Origin: Nanopusillaceae archaeon
GTDB taxonomy: Archaea > Nanobdellota > Nanobdellia > Nanobdellales > Nanobdellaceae
Length of the DNA: 7,335 nt
Direction of reading: 5' to 3'
Assembly (NCBI GenBank): GCA_049973735.1
Contig: JBMFJL010000029.1
Location: forward strand, 1-7,335
Shown here: piece by piece, positions 6,140 to 7,335 of the stretch
How positions within the stretch are numbered: the stretch's first letter is position 1
How the letters are laid out: every line of letters begins with the position of its first letter
The notes under the pieces: generated by a model
Seen by the model: the letters and a program-made list of their open reading frames with translations, nothing else
Databases searched by the model: none
Told to the model about the DNA's origin: nothing
Made by a program: the position numbers and the translations under genes

Positions 6140-6367
6140 TTATTCTGAAGGCTTTATTACCGATATATTATCTCCTCTCAAGAATATCCATGGCAATTTT
6201 TTGTTAGTATCCAGTTCAGTTACATCCTCTAATACCATATTTGGATGTACGTCTGATGCCACTAATTTACCTTTGTATTGTTTACCATTTTTCATTTCTA
6301 CTATTACTTCTTTTCCTTTTGATTGTGTTATTACATCAAGAGGTCTTACTATATCCATAACTAACAT
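6140..6367 (-). CDS. Sm-like archaeal protein (SmAP/LSm)
   Basis: 75 aa. Sm1 motif KEVIVEMKNGKQYKGKLVASDVHPNMVLEDV and Sm2 motif IFLRGDNISVI. The true start may be the internal Met (MDIVRPLD) 3 codons downstream. Confidence 0.92.
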   Translation of the reverse strand: MLVMDIVRPLDVITQSKGKEVIVEMKNGKQYKGKLVASDVHPNMVLEDVTELDTNKKLPWIFLRGDNISVIKPSE

Positions 6368-6420
6368 AATTAGAAAAGTTTTTATAAAATTTTTCTTTAT
6401 TAATGCTACTTATTTAAAAA

Positions 6421-6840
6421 TTATTGTTTTATTAAAATGGCATTTATAACTCCGTCTTGACCTGGCCTGGAGACTACAACTGCTTTACCCATTTCTGTAT
6501 TTATTATTGTATTTTTAGTTATTATTTTTTCTCTGTTTAAGTTTTTATCATTTGGGTTTTCAACAACTTCTAATATTTTTACTCTTTTTATTTCTTTAGT
6601 TTCTGGATTTAATACATTTGCATATAAAGCCTCTTTAAGTCTTATTTTTATATTTCCACCTTTAGTCCTTATTTTATATCTTAATTCATCATTTGTTTCA
6701 GATTTTCTAGTTAATGTCGGAAATCTACCATAATTATGTTTCCTCTTTTTGCTGTTTGGTGTTTTAATTTTACCATTTTCTTTTCTCAAATCTCTACCCT
6801 GATACACAGATAAACCAATTCTTTCTTCAACTGTTACCAT
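6421..6840 (-). CDS. rps8e: 30S ribosomal protein S8e (eS8)
   Basis: 139 aa. YQGRDLRKENGK, KKRKHNYGRFPTLT, RTKGGNIKIRLKEALYANV and the C-terminal VVSRPGQDGVINAILI are the S8e signature. Archaeal S8e usually starts about 3 residues before the QGR motif. An in-frame GTG (complement of 6805-6807, giving M-YQGRD) is therefore an alternative start, and the 11-aa N-terminal extension from ATG 6840 is uncertain. Confidence 0.92.
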   Translation of the reverse strand: MVTVEERIGLSVYQGRDLRKENGKIKTPNSKKRKHNYGRFPTLTRKSETNDELRYKIRTKGGNIKIRLKEALYANVLNPETKEIKRVKILEVVENPNDKNLNREKIITKNTIINTEMGKAVVVSRPGQDGVINAILIKQ

Positions 6841-6901
6841 TTTTTCATATATATTAAAAAATGTTTAAAAAGAATTTTTTATTATTACAGATAATATATC
6901 T
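6841..6901. promoter_or_regulatory. 61-bp divergent promoter region (rps8e <-> tRNA-Leu)
   Basis: TTTAAAAA (6864-6871; TTTTTAAA on the minus strand) is centred about 27 nt from the rps8e ATG (6840). The T/A tract TTTTTTATTATTA (6875-6887) is centred about 21-23 nt upstream of tRNA position 1 (G6902). Confidence 0.4.
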
Positions 6902-7000
6902 GCGGGGGTGCCCGAGCGGTCAAAGGGGTCGGGCTTAAGACCGGTTGGTAAGAGACCCGATGGAGTAGATCCGCCAGGGGTTCAAATCCCCTCCCCCGCA
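6902..7000 (+). tRNA. tRNA-Leu (anticodon UAA), class II with long variable arm, containing a 15-nt intron; no encoded CCA
   Basis: Acceptor GCGGGGG (6902-6908) pairs with CCCCCGC (6993-6999); discriminator A7000. D arm is CCC-GAGCGGTCAAA-GGG with G18G19. Anticodon stem TCGGG (6929-6933) pairs only with CCCGA (6956-6960). The loop CTTAAG..A gives anticodon TAA (6936-6938). Variable arm 6961-6975 has a GGA/TCC stem. T arm is AGGGG-TTCAAAT-CCCCT (6976-6992). The gene is followed by CTTTTTA. Its sequence closely resembles archaeal tRNA-Leu. Confidence 0.95.
6940..6954 (+). other. Canonical (37/38) tRNA intron with bulge-helix-bulge splicing motif
   Basis: 22 nt lie between the anticodon-stem halves, which is a 7-nt loop plus 15 nt. 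CTTA (6934-6937) pairs with TAAG (6949-6952) to give the 4-bp central helix. It is flanked by two 3-nt AGA bulges (6938-6940 and 6953-6955), with an outer CC/GG mini-helix (6941-6942/6947-6948). Predicted cuts are G6939|A6940 and G6954|A6955. A boundary shifted by 1 nt is equivalent because both junctions carry A. Confidence 0.85.
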
Positions 7001-7001
7001 C

Positions 7002-7006
7002 TTTTT
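7002..7006 (+). terminator. Oligo-T terminator directly after tRNA-Leu
   Basis: A T5 run starts 2 nt after discriminator A7000. It overlaps the stop codon (complement of 7005-7007) of the convergent CDS. Confidence 0.5.
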
Positions 7007-7335
7007 ATCCTATATAAATTGAAGGCATAACTCCATTTGGTGGATATGCTCTTGCTCTTTCCCAATTTATGTATTCATCATATGGATAGCCAGACCCTGT
7101 AGATCCTAAATTTGATAAATATAACATAGATCCAGAGGTAATTGGTTGAGTGTTTACTGTACCATAATATCCTCCAGATGTAATATACAATTGAGGCGCT
7201 ATATAACCATACCATGATGTAGATGATGGACCATAATAATAAACTGCTGAATATACCCATTGACTTACTGCTGAACCTTGTTGATTTATCTCTACAGCTA
7301 CACTTCCTGAACTTTCATATTCTTGTGAAAAGTAT
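7005..7335 (-). CDS. C-terminal 109 codons of a Ser/Gly/Tyr-rich, lysine-free protein (probable secreted/surface beta-rich protein); N-terminus lies beyond right window edge
   Basis: The track lists only 7005-7190 (61 aa), but its 'M' is a TTG (complement of 7188-7190). The frame stays open up to nt 7334 on hand translation: ...YFSQEYESSGSVAVEINQQGSAVSQWVYSAVYYYGPSSTSWYGYIAPQLYITSGGYYGTVNTQPITSGSMLYLSNLGSTGSGYPYDEYINWERARAYPPNGVMPSIYIG*. Stop = complement of 7005-7007. The composition is non-random and quite unlike the spurious AT-rich ORFs. Function is unknown. Confidence 0.6.
   Translation of the reverse strand, partial: YFSQEYESSGSVAVEINQQGSAVSQWVYSAVYYYGPSSTSWYGYIAPQLYITSGGYYGTVNTQPITSGSMLYLSNLGSTGSGYPYDEYINWERARAYPPNGVMPSIYIG

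Noticed and set aside
6201-6449. Track ORF 6201-6449 (+, 82 aa)
   Set aside because: It is antisense to the Sm-like gene and extends across the Sm promoter into the rps8e 3' end. The Ser/Phe/Ile-rich translation has no recognisable features.
7078-7260. Track ORF 7078-7260 (-, 60 aa, MGIFSSLLLWSIIY...)
   Set aside because: It is an alternative frame on the same strand as the longer open frame 7005-7335. That longer frame continues to the window edge and ends in a proline/glycine-containing, non-low-complexity motif. The 60-aa frame is Trp/Ile/Tyr low complexity.
1-7335. CRISPR arrays, IS elements/transposases, integrases, prophage or defence-island content, including a tRNA-adjacent integration at 7001 onward
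   Set aside because: No direct-repeat/spacer periodicity and no long inverted or direct repeats were noticed by eye. Every sizeable ORF has a housekeeping assignment. I saw no duplicate of the tRNA 3' end (att-like) downstream in the 335 nt available. A computational repeat search would be needed to exclude short repeats rigorously.

Overview
Very AT-rich, extremely gene-dense archaeal chromosomal segment. Hand counts of two sample 60-nt lines gave 25% and 37% G+C, while the embedded tRNA is 64/99 G+C. The content is almost entirely housekeeping. In order: a partial M16 zinc peptidase (-), aIF5A (+), an alkyltransferase-like (ATL/MGMT-type) domain fused to endonuclease V (-), and a small 2-TM protein whose stop overlaps rpl15e (+). 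Then SufC plus a miniature cysteine-free SufD-like protein (+), RadA (+), a PRC-barrel protein (+), an Sm-like protein (-) and ribosomal protein S8e (-). The window ends with an intron-containing tRNA-Leu(UAA) (+) and the C-terminal 109 codons of a lysine-free Ser/Gly/Tyr-rich protein (-). Two real CDSs run off the window edges, so one is missing from the supplied ORF track and the other is truncated in it (1-1117 minus; 7005-7335 minus). Six track ORFs are judged spurious antisense or alternate-frame products of AT-rich DNA. Several traits suggest a small-genome thermophilic archaeon: short proteins, two 41-bp divergent spacers, 4-nt and 20-nt gene overlaps, no obvious Shine-Dalgarno sites before first genes, and a GC-rich tRNA in AT-rich DNA. 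Nanoarchaeota/DPANN-like is only a guess, and other AT-rich thermophiles are not excluded. I see no CRISPR array, mobile element, toxin-antitoxin pair or recognisable defence locus, and I cannot claim a clearly novel multi-gene system. The most unusual items are: (1) the ATL-EndoV fusion, where the acceptor Cys is Trp and two conserved EndoV active-site residues are Asn; (2) the stripped-down SufC/mini-SufD pair; (3) the compositionally aberrant edge protein; (4) the promoter geometry implying leaderless mRNAs and possibly a leaderless tRNA.
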